In this document: positions 7,940-17,620 of the stretch, piece after piece | Position numbering within the stretch: position 1 is the stretch's first letter | Layout: each line of letters starts with the position of its first letter | Sequence record: SRR20825010_381 | Strand: one strand, 5' to 3' | DNA: 20,000 nt | Position numbers and translations under genes: made by a program | Notes under the pieces: generated by a model | Seen by the model: only the letters and a program-made list of their open reading frames with translations | The model's database searches: none | Told to the model about the DNA's origin: nothing

Positions 7940-9226
7940 ATGGCGAGAGTGATCGAAAAGACAAAAGAAATTGCAAAACACAGCCTTATGGGCATCGGCA
8001 TTGCTGCGATGTTGGCTGGTGCGGCACAGAGCCAACAGGCGATTAACAGCATCGAAGTTCTGGTCAACGACGAACCGCTCTCAAGCTTTGATATCAACCA
8101 ACGCCTGCGGCTCGTGATCGCGGTTGCTGGTGGTGTAGAAACCGAACAGGAATTCCTTAAAGTCCGTGAACAGGTCATCCGCTCCATGGTCGACGAGAAA
8201 CTGCAGCTTCAAGAAGCCGCAACCGTCGAACTGGAGATTCAAGATGCCCAGCTCGAAGAGTTTTTCGCACGCCGCGCTCAGGGCCTTGGGCAAACACCTG
8301 AACAATTTGCCAACGCCCTCGCGGGTATTGGATCAAGCAAACAAACCATGGTGGACCAGATGGAAGCAGAAATAGCCTGGTCTCAACTGGTCCAAGGTAG
8401 GCTCGGCTCCTTTGTGAGTGTATCGGACGAGGAAGTTGAAGCCTACATTCAACGCATTTACGACAACAAAGGTAAGTTTGAGCATCGCCTTGCCGAGATC
8501 GTGTTGCTTGTTGACAGCCCTGAGCAGGAAGCAAGCGTAAAGGCAAATGCTGACGACTTGGTAGCCCGCATTCGTGCCGGCGCGTCGTTCCCGGACATCG
8601 CACAACAACTTTCAGCGTCATCCACAGCCGCTGTTGGTGGCGACCTCGGCTGGATTACCGCAGAAGACCTTGACCCTGATTATGCGAAGGCAATTGAAGA
8701 TGTCGCGGTTGGTGACGTTGCTGATCCGCTGCGTACCGCAGGTGGCTATGTCATTCTCGCTCAGCGGGACCGGCGTCGTATTTTAACCGCTGACCCACTG
8801 GATACACAAATCTCACTACGCCAAGTACACTTAACACCTGAGAAGGTTGCAGACCCTGAAGCCGTCGAGAAATTCCGCTCGGTCGCAGAATCATTGTCAA
8901 ACCAAGAGACCTCTTGTGCACAAGTTCCACAATATGTGGAAGAAGCGGGCGCTGATGGCCGCCCGGAGGTTGGCATTCTACGTTACCGTGACCTGCAACC
9001 TCAAATCCGTCAAGCGGTCGAAAACGCAGAAATAGGTGCGGCAAGCGATATGCTAACAATGGAAGACGGTATGCGTGTTCTGTTTGTGTGCGAGCGCGAA
9101 GAAGCAACCGTTCAGGAGCCGAATTTTGATGCTGTATACAATCAGATGGAACAACAGCGCTTGTCAATGATGGGCCGCCGTTACCTGCGTGACTTGCGCC
9201 GCGACGCCATCGTCGATTACCGCTAA
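7940..9226 (+). CDS. surA: Periplasmic chaperone / parvulin PPIase SurA
   Basis: Signal peptide, VLVNDEPLSSFDINQRLRL, parvulin motif FPDIAQQLS..STAAVGGDLGW and C-terminal RRYLRDLRRDAIVDYR. The start is uncertain (TTG 7934, ATG 7940 or GTG 7949). Confidence 0.92.
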   Translation: MARVIEKTKEIAKHSLMGIGIAAMLAGAAQSQQAINSIEVLVNDEPLSSFDINQRLRLVIAVAGGVETEQEFLKVREQVIRSMVDEKLQLQEAATVELEIQDAQLEEFFARRAQGLGQTPEQFANALAGIGSSKQTMVDQMEAEIAWSQLVQGRLGSFVSVSDEEVEAYIQRIYDNKGKFEHRLAEIVLLVDSPEQEASVKANADDLVARIRAGASFPDIAQQLSASSTAAVGGDLGWITAEDLDPDYAKAIEDVAVGDVADPLRTAGGYVILAQRDRRRILTADPLDTQISLRQVHLTPEKVADPEAVEKFRSVAESLSNQETSCAQVPQYVEEAGADGRPEVGILRYRDLQPQIRQAVENAEIGAASDMLTMEDGMRVLFVCEREEATVQEPNFDAVYNQMEQQRLSMMGRRYLRDLRRDAIVDYR

Positions 9227-9241
9227 GCGTATCGGAGGCCC

Positions 9242-10273
9242 ATGACACGGGCACTTTCAGAACCAAATGCAATTGCACCTCTTGGTATTACCATGGGCGA
9301 GCCATCTGGCGTGGGGCCGGAGCTCATAGCGCGCCTATGGCGTGAAAGGGAAAACCTAGGACTTGCCCCATTTATTTATATTGGCGCGGCAGCGGCTCTC
9401 CATGTAGTTGACCCTGATCTGCCGGTCACGCATGTCGTCAGTCCCTCCTCGCTCGAAAATTTGCCCACGGATACTCTTGGTGTTCTAGATATCCCGCTTG
9501 CTGAACCACTCCGGTTAGGCACGCCCAGCCAGGAAAATGGCAGAGCCGTAATTGCAGCGCTTGATAAAGCCTGTGAGCTAGCTTTAAACGGTACCATCAG
9601 TGGGATTGTAACGGCCCCCATACATAAAGCAGCGCTCTATAAAACTGGTTTCACTGCACCTGGGCACACCGAATACCTCGCACGCAAATGCGGCTTATCT
9701 GATGACACCTCTGTCATGATGCTTGCTACAGATGAACTCCGTGTCATTCCCGTCACCATTCACGTACCCCTCAAGGACGTGGCACGCACGCTTACGGCAG
9801 ACAGGATAATTCATGCTGGCATAGTTGCCGACCATGACCTGAGGCATCGTTTTGGGATCGAACGACCAAGGATCGCCGTTGCCGGCCTAAATCCGCACGC
9901 TGGCGAATCCGGCACCATCGGGCTTGAAGAAGCTACCCATATCATGCCCGCCGTTTGGGCCCTTCGTGATGAAGGCATAGATGTTAGCGACCCACTGCCC
10001 GCCGACACTCTTTTCCATGCAGAAGCGCGCAAGGACTATGACGTTGTGCTCTGTATGTACCATGATCAAGCTCTGATACCGATCAAGACGCTTGATTTTT
10101 GGGGCGGCGTCAACGCCACACTCGGTTTACCGTTCATTCGCACGTCACCTGACCATGGAACAGCCTTAGGCCTTGCGGGGCAAGGGAAAGCTAGAACTGA
10201 CAGCATGCTGGCGGCGATAAGGATGGCAGCGCGTATGGCAAAGGCATCGGCAGCACAGGAAGGCACCGTATAA
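9242..10273 (+). CDS. pdxA: 4-hydroxythreonine-4-phosphate dehydrogenase
   Basis: [41 protein letters not shown] and RTSPDHGTA. Confidence 0.97.
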   Translation: MTRALSEPNAIAPLGITMGEPSGVGPELIARLWRERENLGLAPFIYIGAAAALHVVDPDLPVTHVVSPSSLENLPTDTLGVLDIPLAEPLRLGTPSQENGRAVIAALDKACELALNGTISGIVTAPIHKAALYKTGFTAPGHTEYLARKCGLSDDTSVMMLATDELRVIPVTIHVPLKDVARTLTADRIIHAGIVADHDLRHRFGIERPRIAVAGLNPHAGESGTIGLEEATHIMPAVWALRDEGIDVSDPLPADTLFHAEARKDYDVVLCMYHDQALIPIKTLDFWGGVNATLGLPFIRTSPDHGTALGLAGQGKARTDSMLAAIRMAARMAKASAAQEGTV

Positions 10274-11127
10274 TGGCAACGGAACTGCCACCTCTTCGTG
10301 AGGTAATACGCGAATTTGATCTGCGTGCTAAGAAGTCGTTCGGTCAGAACTTCCTGCTAGATTTAAACCTGACACGTAAAATTGCCCGTGTTGCCGGAGA
10401 CCTTAGTAATAGCGTGGTCTATGAAGTTGGACCCGGCCCTGGCGGTCTTACGCGCGGCCTTCTTGATGAAGGCGCTAAAAGGGTTGTTGCAGTCGAGATG
10501 GATAGCCGCTGCCTGCCGGCACTTGAACAGATATCCAAGGCCTACAATGACCGCCTTACGGTTCATCAGGGTGACGCTCTTGACGTTGATGAGCCTGAAA
10601 TTCTTCAGCAAAAAGAAGGCGAGACGCTACGTATCGCGTCCAACCTCCCTTACAACGTGGGAACCATGTTGCTCATCAAGTGGCTCACACTTGATAGATG
10701 GAAGCCTTGGTTTGCTTCCCTCACCTTGATGTTCCAGAGAGAGGTAGCCGAGCGGATTGTCGCCAAGCCCGGCTCAAAGGCGTATGGCCGCCTTTCGGTG
10801 CTGGCGCAGTGGCGCGGTAAAGTGCGTATCGCGGTAAACGTTCCGGCCGCTGCCTTTACCCCTGCACCGAAAGTCGCTAGTGCAGTCATTCATTTTGAGC
10901 CGATTGACCCGATTGACCCTACCGTGCGCTTGAAAGACCTGGAGCTTGTTGTTGAACGCGCTTTTGGACAACGCCGTAAAATGCTACGCGCCAGCCTCAA
11001 GAGCTTGCCCGTCAATGCGACAGAGTTGCTTGACCGCGCCAATATTGTTGAAACCAGCCGCGCGGAAGATATCAGCGTGGAGGATTTTGTCCGGCTTGCC
11101 CGCATCTATCGCGAGATGCAGGCATAA
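10273..11127 (+). CDS. rsmA: 16S rRNA m6,2A dimethyltransferase RsmA/KsgA
   Basis: [41 protein letters not shown] and QRRKMLR; TAATG overlap with pdxA. Confidence 0.97.
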   Translation: MATELPPLREVIREFDLRAKKSFGQNFLLDLNLTRKIARVAGDLSNSVVYEVGPGPGGLTRGLLDEGAKRVVAVEMDSRCLPALEQISKAYNDRLTVHQGDALDVDEPEILQQKEGETLRIASNLPYNVGTMLLIKWLTLDRWKPWFASLTLMFQREVAERIVAKPGSKAYGRLSVLAQWRGKVRIAVNVPAAAFTPAPKVASAVIHFEPIDPIDPTVRLKDLELVVERAFGQRRKMLRASLKSLPVNATELLDRANIVETSRAEDISVEDFVRLARIYREMQA

Positions 11128-11139
11128 CACCTTAAATGC

Positions 11140-11799
11140 TTACTTTGCTGGAAGTTGGCGCTCAGCTTGAAGGTTGCGCACAAACTCGGATAGGCCCGGA
11201 CGGCGTTCTCTGTGCAAGCGCTCGGCCCGAATGATGTTTTTGAGCGATTCGAATGTGGCATCTAAATCATCATTAATCAGGACATAGTCGTATTCCGCCC
11301 AGTGACTGATCTCAGCTTCAGCCTTGGCCATGCGCTTTCTGATCGTCTCTTCCGTATCCTGCCCACGCTTTTTCAAGCGTTCTTCAAGCGCGCGAACGGA
11401 TGGTGGCAGAATGAAGATGCGAACCAAATCGATTGCGCGCGTGCTCGAATCCAGTTGCTGTGCGCCTTGCCAGTCGATATCGAAAATAACATCCTGACCA
11501 CGTCCAAGCGCATCCATGACAGGCCCGCGTGGTGTCCCATATCTGTTTTCAAACACCACTGCATGTTCCAGCAACTCGTCACCCTCGATCATTTCCTTGA
11601 AGCGATCATGCGACACAAAGAAATAATCTTTCCCATGCTCTTCGCCTGGACGAGGTTCCCGCGTTGTCGCAGATACCGACATCACTATCTCGGTATCTTC
11701 TTCCAGCAGGCGCCGCGTTAGCGTCGTTTTCCCTGCCCCAGATGGCGAGGAGATCACGAGCATAAGCCCACGGCGGGAATAAACGGATTTTGCGGTCAT
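11140..11799 (-). CDS. gmk: Guanylate kinase
   Basis: SSPSGAGKTT, SVSATTREPRPGE, YGTP, DIDWQGA, FILPPS and YDYVLINDD. Confidence 0.97.
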   Translation of the reverse strand: MTAKSVYSRRGLMLVISSPSGAGKTTLTRRLLEEDTEIVMSVSATTREPRPGEEHGKDYFFVSHDRFKEMIEGDELLEHAVVFENRYGTPRGPVMDALGRGQDVIFDIDWQGAQQLDSSTRAIDLVRIFILPPSVRALEERLKKRGQDTEETIRKRMAKAEAEISHWAEYDYVLINDDLDATFESLKNIIRAERLHRERRPGLSEFVRNLQAERQLPAK

Positions 11800-11819
11800 A
11801 TATCTAGCCTGCTTGCAGA

Positions 11820-12707
11820 TTATTCAATGTTTTGAATTTGTTCACGGAACTGATCGATCAGTGCCTTAAGGTCTAGACCGATTTTCGTCAATGCAGAATC
11901 CCCAGATTTTGAACACAAAGTGTTCGCCTCCCTGTTAAATTCCTGACAAAGGAAATCCAGCCGCCGTCCGACAGGCTTGTCACTATCCAACAGTTTCTTT
12001 GCTTCGACAACATGGCTGTCAAGCCGGTCAAGCTCTTCCTGCACGTCTGTCTTCACGGCCATCATAGCAATTTCCTGCGCCAGACGCTCTTCTGACACTG
12101 GTTTGTCTGTGTTTTGCAGCTTAGCCAGTTGCGCCAAAAAGCGGTTTTGCATCGCTTCAACCCTGTCACCTGCCACGCTACGGGCCTGTTCCGACAAAGC
12201 TTGAATGTCCTTGAGCTGTGTGGTCAACACCTCTCCCATACGCACACCTTCATCGTTGCGCGCGCGTTTGAGGTCTGCCAGCAGGCCAGCCAGATCCCTC
12301 GTGAGCAAACCTTCAAGCTGCTCACGTTCATCTTCGCTGGTTTCCCTGACGCTCAGGTCAGCAACACCCTTAATCGCCAACAGGCCGTCAATACTTGCTT
12401 GGGCAACTCCGCCATGCCCACCGTATTGAGCCGCTACGTCAATAAGAGCTTTCAGTCGCTCTTCGTTGATCTCGAACACGGCTTCATCGCCGTCTCGGGT
12501 CACATTGAGGTTAATAAAAACCGAGCCTCGTGAGACCGCGGCCCCAGCGATGCGCTTAATCTGCAGGTCAAAGCCATCAAGAAAGGTCGGCATCTTGCAC
12601 CGCACCTCTAGGCCCTTGTTGTTGACGCTCTTGATTTCCCAGTTCCAACGAAAGCCAGCGCCTTCCCCTGCGCTGCGGGCAAAACCGGTCATACTGCTAA
12701 GCGGCAT
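11820..12707 (-). CDS. yicC: YicC/YloC family endoribonuclease
   Basis: SMTGFAR, WEIKSVN, EELDRL, GRRLDFLCQEFNREANTLCSKS and C-terminal REQIQNIE; adjacent to gmk. Confidence 0.95.
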   Translation of the reverse strand: MPLSSMTGFARSAGEGAGFRWNWEIKSVNNKGLEVRCKMPTFLDGFDLQIKRIAGAAVSRGSVFINLNVTRDGDEAVFEINEERLKALIDVAAQYGGHGGVAQASIDGLLAIKGVADLSVRETSEDEREQLEGLLTRDLAGLLADLKRARNDEGVRMGEVLTTQLKDIQALSEQARSVAGDRVEAMQNRFLAQLAKLQNTDKPVSEERLAQEIAMMAVKTDVQEELDRLDSHVVEAKKLLDSDKPVGRRLDFLCQEFNREANTLCSKSGDSALTKIGLDLKALIDQFREQIQNIE

Positions 12708-12790
12708 AATATTCCTTCCTCAATAAAACATTGCCGCACTATAGAGAGCCTCGTCTGCAAACGGCACCCCAAAAAGCTATCCCGCAACAG

Positions 12791-13777
12791 TTATCGCCGC
12801 GACTTCGCCTCAATCTGACGCCAACGGGCCACATTTCGGTTATGTTCATTGAGCGTATCCGCGAACGCGTGGCCGCCGCTGCCGTCTGCGACAAAATAAA
12901 GGTAGGAAACATCCGCCGGGTTTAACACGGCTGCGATTGAGGCTCTGCCGGGGTTGGCTATAGGTGTTGGTGGTAGCCCGCCAATCCGGTAAGTATTGTA
13001 AGGGGTTGTCTTATTTAGGTCAGAGCGCATGATAGGTCTGTCGAGGGTTTCCCCGCTGGTTATGCCGTATATCACCGTGGGATCAGACTGTAGGCGCATA
13101 CCGCGCTTAAGCCGGTTTATAAAAACCGCTGCGACAAGTGGGCGCTCTGACGCTACGGCGGTTTCCTTCTCAACAATAGACGCAAGAATAAGGGCTTCTT
13201 CGGGGCTTTGCAGCGGCAGTGAAGCCTGACGGGAAGCCCAAAGCCGGTCAACCTCGGCCCATAACGCAACCTGCATACGCCCGATAAGTTTTTTTGCGCT
13301 ATCACCACGCTCATAGAAATAGGTATCCGGTAGCAGGCTGCCTTCCGCCGGTCGTGAATAGTCGGACATATCAAGCCCAAAACTACCCTCGAGGATCGCC
13401 TCAACTTCCGCCACACTGCGGCCCTCCGGCACCGCTAGACGGCGCAGGAAGCGCTCCCCGCGCTCAATCTTGGTGAATGTGGCGCGTAATGACATGCCCG
13501 GTACAAGTTCGTATTCACCCGCTTGCAGGCTGCGCTCCATACCAAGAATCTGTGCAGCAACCCTGAAATGCCACGCGGAGGCGACAATCCCTTGCTTTTC
13601 AGCAACATAGCTTGCGCGCAGCAAGCCACTACCGGGCGCAATATAATAGTATGCTGTCTCAGCTGTCTGCGCTGGTCGCGCGAGAATAACCCGCGCCACA
13701 CCAGACGCCACACTCACCCATATGGTGAGCATGCATATAGCAAACAGGCAGATAATAAAAAACCGGCTCCGGATCAT
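12791..13777 (-). CDS. mltG: Endolytic transglycosylase MltG (YceG family)
   Basis: N-terminal TM helix, AGEY, VPEG, EGSLLPDTY, ASIVEKET (catalytic Glu), LQSDPTVIYG, PYNTY, GLPPTPIANPG and LYFVADG. Confidence 0.95.
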   Translation of the reverse strand: MIRSRFFIICLFAICMLTIWVSVASGVARVILARPAQTAETAYYYIAPGSGLLRASYVAEKQGIVASAWHFRVAAQILGMERSLQAGEYELVPGMSLRATFTKIERGERFLRRLAVPEGRSVAEVEAILEGSFGLDMSDYSRPAEGSLLPDTYFYERGDSAKKLIGRMQVALWAEVDRLWASRQASLPLQSPEEALILASIVEKETAVASERPLVAAVFINRLKRGMRLQSDPTVIYGITSGETLDRPIMRSDLNKTTPYNTYRIGGLPPTPIANPGRASIAAVLNPADVSYLYFVADGSGGHAFADTLNEHNRNVARWRQIEAKSRR

Positions 13778-13841
13778 GAGGTTAGCCTATCAGGCAAGTT
13801 TCAAGTTCCAAAGCCGGTCTTGTTATCTGCAGATGTATTTA

Positions 13842-15113
13842 TTAGTTGCCGTTGTATTCACGCATCACGAGTGACGCGTTGGTGCCACCAAACCCAAACG
13901 AGTTTGAAAGTGCCACCTTCACGTCGCGTTCCTGTGCCACGAGAGGTACGAGGTCGATACCGTCACAACCCTCTGCACGGTCATGCAGGTTCAGGGTTGG
14001 GGGCACGATGTTTTCCTGGATCGCTTTGATGCAGAAAATGGCCTCAACAGCGCCCGCAGCACCGAGAAGGTGACCGATGGACGACTTTGTAGACGACATC
14101 GCAACTTTTGCTGCGTGATCACCAAGAAGGCGCTTCACGGCACCAAACTCAATCGGGTCACCAACTGGTGTCGAGGTACCATGTGCGTTGATGTAATCAA
14201 TCTCATCAATGCTGATACCCGCGCGTTTTACCGCACCTTCCATGGAGCGGTATCCACCGTTGCCATCCGGAACCGGCGCAGTGACGTGATAACCGTCACC
14301 TGACATACCGTAACCAGTTACTTCGGCATAAATTTTGGCGCCGCGTTTTTTGGCGTGCTCAAGTTCCTCAAGCACAACAACACCAGCACCCTCACCCATC
14401 ACAAAGCCGTCATGGCCTTTGTCCCATGGGCGTGAAGCTTGCTCTGGAGCATCATTATATTTTGTAGAAAGCGCTTTGGCCTGACTAAAACCTGCCATGC
14501 CGATACCGCAAATGGAAGCTTCCGCGCCGCCTGCGATCATTACATCTGCATCATCAAGCATAATCAGCCGTGCCGCATCGCCGATGGCGTGCGCGCCAGT
14601 TGAACATGCGGTGACAGGCGCGTGGTTCGGGCCCTTAAAGCCGTACTTGATGGACACGTTACCTGAAACCAGATTGATAATGGAGCCCGCAATAAAGTGA
14701 GGACTGATCCGCCGATGCCCGCGCTCATGCAGCAACACGGCCGAATCTGCAATCCAGCGCAGTCCGCCAATACCAGCACCAATCATCACACCAGTACGCA
14801 GGCATTCCTCTTCGCCTGGGTTTTCCCAACCCGCGTCACGCGCGGCTTGCATCGCTGCAGCCATGCCAAACAGGATAAAATTATCAACACGGCGCTGGTC
14901 TTTTGGCGCCATCCAGTCGTCAGCATTAAATGTGCCACCAGATCCGTCCCCCAAAGGCACTTCACATGCCACTTTGCAGGGGAAATCACTTGCATCAAAA
15001 AGTGTAATCTGGCCAGCACCAGACTGACCTTCAATCAGGCGTTTCCATGTTTCGTCCACACTGGAAGCCAGTGGCGAAACCATGCCTAATCCCGTAACTA
15101 CCACTCGTCTCAT
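13842..15113 (-). CDS. fabF: 3-oxoacyl-ACP synthase II
   Basis: MRRVVVTGLG, TACSTGAH (catalytic Cys), YINAHGTST, GHLLGAAG and SNSFGFGGTN. Confidence 0.97.
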   Translation of the reverse strand: MRRVVVTGLGMVSPLASSVDETWKRLIEGQSGAGQITLFDASDFPCKVACEVPLGDGSGGTFNADDWMAPKDQRRVDNFILFGMAAAMQAARDAGWENPGEEECLRTGVMIGAGIGGLRWIADSAVLLHERGHRRISPHFIAGSIINLVSGNVSIKYGFKGPNHAPVTACSTGAHAIGDAARLIMLDDADVMIAGGAEASICGIGMAGFSQAKALSTKYNDAPEQASRPWDKGHDGFVMGEGAGVVVLEELEHAKKRGAKIYAEVTGYGMSGDGYHVTAPVPDGNGGYRSMEGAVKRAGISIDEIDYINAHGTSTPVGDPIEFGAVKRLLGDHAAKVAMSSTKSSIGHLLGAAGAVEAIFCIKAIQENIVPPTLNLHDRAEGCDGIDLVPLVAQERDVKVALSNSFGFGGTNASLVMREYNGN

Positions 15114-15159
15114 CTGTCCATCCTCAATTCAATCAATCAGCCCAACCTGACAGAAAATG

Positions 15160-15200
15160 AAAAAGGGCAACAGCCTAACCCCGCGGCCCGGCTGTTGCCC
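15160..15200 (-). terminator. Intrinsic terminator/attenuator between acpP and fabF
   Basis: Perfect 11-bp stem GGGCAACAGCC (15165-15175) / GGCTGTTGCCC (15190-15200) with a 14-nt loop, followed on the minus strand by a U5 run (A-run 15160-15164); 20 nt after the acpP stop. Confidence 0.75.
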
Positions 15201-15220
15201 CACTGAATAACAGATTCAGC

Positions 15221-15454
15221 TTAGGAATTCGCGCTAATAAAATCGATCGCGTCCTTAACAGTCTGAATTTTTTCAGCTGCATCGTCCGGGATCTCAATAC
15301 CGAATTCTTCTTCAAACGCCATAACCAGTTCAACGGTATCCAGGCTATCAGCGCCCAGATCGTCAATGAAGCTAGCGGTGTCGGTTACTTTATCTTCGTC
15401 AACACCGAGGTGCTCGACTACGATTTTCTTCACCTTGTCGGCGATATCGCTCAT
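15221..15454 (-). CDS. acpP: Acyl carrier protein
   Basis: 77 aa, acidic, with the phosphopantetheine site [20 protein letters not shown]. Confidence 0.98.
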   Translation of the reverse strand: MSDIADKVKKIVVEHLGVDEDKVTDTASFIDDLGADSLDTVELVMAFEEEFGIEIPDDAAEKIQTVKDAIDFISANS

Positions 15455-15576
15455 TGCTTTTTTCCTCGTTTTTTACACCGAAATGTAAGGGGACAGTCCC
15501 TTGTTTGAAGCCCCCTCGTTTTGCGGAAATCCTAGCAATCATGAGCCAGATCGCCCGCATCGAGGGCGCTAGTAAC

Positions 15577-15605
15577 ACAGTTTCTTCTCTTTGAGAAGAC
15601 ACTGT
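15577..15605. repeat. 29-bp imperfect palindrome in the fabG-acpP intergenic region
   Basis: ACAGTTTCTTCTC-TTT-GAGAAGACACTGT; 12 of 13 arm positions pair. Confidence 0.8.
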
Positions 15606-15694
15606 TATGCTTTTATGGCAAGCGCCTTGGCACTACCTCTACCAACTATTGGCCTTTGGGACAAAACAAAAAAGCACCAAAAACCAATCTTACT

Positions 15695-16432
15695 TTAAAT
15701 CATCGCCAGGCCACCATTTACGTGCAGCGTTTGGCCCGTGACATATTTTGCTTCGTTGCTGGCTAAATACAAGACCGCAGCCGCAATATCTTCCGGCGCC
15801 CCCAGTTCACCGCTTGGAATACCGCTGGTGATGGATGCTTTTTGTTCGTCATTCAGCACGTCTGTCATGGGTGTCGCAATAAAACCGGGTGCCACACAAT
15901 TGACGGTGATACCGCGGCTCGCAAGTTCAGACGCCAGCGATTTTGACATACCAATCATGCCTGCTTTAGAGGCGCAATAGTTCGCCTGCCCCGGATTTCC
16001 GGTCACGCCAACCACAGAGGTAATATTCACCACACGACCCCAGCGCGACTTCATCATACCGCGCATCAGCCCCTTGATGAGCCGGAATGAGCTCTCCAGG
16101 TTCACCTGCATCACGCTATCCCAGTCGTCATCTTTCATACGCATGGCGAGATTGTCTTTAGTGATACCCGCGTTATTAACGAGAATGTCGACACCGCCGA
16201 GGGCTTCCGACGCATCCTTCACCAATTGGTCAACACTCGCACGGTCGGAGAGATTCGCGGCGATCACATGCACGCGCTCACCGAGGCTAGCCGCCAGTTC
16301 TTGAAGCTTCTCGGCACGCGTACCCGAAATCGCAACTTCTGCACCAGCACTATGCAACATGGTGGCGATAGCGGCACCAATACCGCCAGTCGCACCTGTT
16401 ACCAGTGCTTTTTTACCCTCTAGATTGAACAT
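15695..16432 (-). CDS. fabG: 3-oxoacyl-ACP reductase
   Basis: SDR motifs TGATGGIG, NNAGITKD, YCASK, VAPGFI and GQTLHVNGG; between fabD and acpP. Confidence 0.97.
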   Translation of the reverse strand: MFNLEGKKALVTGATGGIGAAIATMLHSAGAEVAISGTRAEKLQELAASLGERVHVIAANLSDRASVDQLVKDASEALGGVDILVNNAGITKDNLAMRMKDDDWDSVMQVNLESSFRLIKGLMRGMMKSRWGRVVNITSVVGVTGNPGQANYCASKAGMIGMSKSLASELASRGITVNCVAPGFIATPMTDVLNDEQKASITSGIPSGELGAPEDIAAAVLYLASNEAKYVTGQTLHVNGGLAMI

Positions 16433-16450
16433 AGATATACCCCTTAACCT

Positions 16451-17389
16451 TTAAAGCGACGCCGTAAACGCTTCAATATCCGCTGGATCTTGAAGGTTGA
16501 CTGTGGCGAGATCACGGTCAATACGCCGAACCAGCCCTGTCAGCACCTTCCCGGCCCCCACTTCAACCACTTCATGCACGCCCAGCGAACCAAATGCCGC
16601 AACACTCTCACGCCAACGGACTGCGGCAGTCACCTGCTCCACCAGAAGCGTGCGAACACCCTCTGGCTCGCTGATTGGCGCCGCTATGACATTTGCGATC
16701 ACAGGAACTACAGGCCGGTCAATCTTCACTTCCGCGAGTGCCTCTTTCATTTCATCGGCCGCAGGTTTCATCAGCGGGCAATGGAATGGTGCAGACACGG
16801 GCAACAACAAGCCGCGTTTAGCGCCTTTTGCCTTTGCAAGCTCTATCGCGCGTTCAACAGCTGCCTTGTGGCCGGAAACCACCACTTGGCCGTCTGAGTT
16901 GTCATTCGCGGTTACGCAGACCTGACCGGCAGCGGCTTCCTCTGCAACTGCGTTCACATCTTCAAGGCTGAGGCCGAGAATAGCAGCCATAGCGCCCTCA
17001 CCCACCGGCACAGCGCGCTGCATCGCCTGCCCGCGCAGCTTCAAAAGCTTTGCTGCGTCGGAAACCGAAAAGGCGCCTGCGGCTGCGAGAGCGGAATACT
17101 CACCAAGCGAGTGCCCCGCCACATGGCTGGCCAGGTCTTCAACCTTTACACCGCCCGCCTCAAGCACCTTGATCACCGCCATTGAGACGGCCATAAGGGC
17201 TGGCTGCGTGTTTTCGGTCAGGCGCAGTTCATCTTCCGGGCCTTCCCACATAGTTTTGGAAAGATGCTGGGAAAGAGCGTCATCCACCTCTTCAAAAACA
17301 AGGCGTGCAGCTTCCTCAGCATCTGCTAATGATTTTCCCATGCCGACAAACTGGCTGCCTTGGCCGGGGAACACGAGTGCGCGGGTCAT
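16451..17389 (-). CDS. fabD: Malonyl-CoA:ACP transacylase
   Basis: FPGQGSQ, TENTQPAL, GHSLGEY and VSAPFHC. Start reassigned to ATG 17389 (MTRALVFPGQGSQ), which has a strong SD GGAGGTGG at 17400-17393. Confidence 0.96.
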   Translation of the reverse strand: MTRALVFPGQGSQFVGMGKSLADAEEAARLVFEEVDDALSQHLSKTMWEGPEDELRLTENTQPALMAVSMAVIKVLEAGGVKVEDLASHVAGHSLGEYSALAAAGAFSVSDAAKLLKLRGQAMQRAVPVGEGAMAAILGLSLEDVNAVAEEAAAGQVCVTANDNSDGQVVVSGHKAAVERAIELAKAKGAKRGLLLPVSAPFHCPLMKPAADEMKEALAEVKIDRPVVPVIANVIAAPISEPEGVRTLLVEQVTAAVRWRESVAAFGSLGVHEVVEVGAGKVLTGLVRRIDRDLATVNLQDPADIEAFTASL

Positions 17390-17490
17390 AAACCACCTCC
17401 GATTGCCCATCTCTTTAGCGCCAAATGGCACATGCCGTAACGTTAGCGCAAGAGTTTAGAGGATTTTATTCACCAATGGCAGGCTTTCCC

Positions 17491-17519
17491 TTGCTTTTAA
17501 CATGGCATGGCGCTATAGA
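17491..17519 (+). promoter_or_regulatory. Candidate sigma70 promoter of the rpsF-rpsR-rplI operon
   Basis: (C)TTGCTT (17491-17496), 17 bp, (GC)TATAGA (17514-17519); fits the alphaproteobacterial CTTG-N-CTATA pattern and implies a ~95-nt 5' leader. Confidence 0.65.
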
Positions 17520-17620
17520 GGCCCGTCTTTTGGCCAGTGAAGGTCAAGGGGCATTTGTTAAGGAGAGCTGGAGGCACCCGTCACTGCGACTGGTGAACGA
17601 TCAGCATTTAGGAGCAAAAC

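Noticed and set aside
8751..9278. 175-aa antisense ORF over surA, and similar shadow ORFs over pepA, fabF, fabD and mltG
   Set aside because: They lie wholly or mostly opposite well-supported genes and show no recognisable motifs.
13782..13809. GGAACTT-N16-GCTAA on the minus strand before mltG (sigmaE-like, possibly leaderless)
   Set aside because: The -10 lacks the conserved TC, and co-transcription with fabF across a 64-bp gap is simpler.
17390..17431. 14-codon N-terminal extension of fabD in the ORF track
   Set aside because: A strong SD precedes ATG 17389, and FabD proteins start just before FPGQGSQ.
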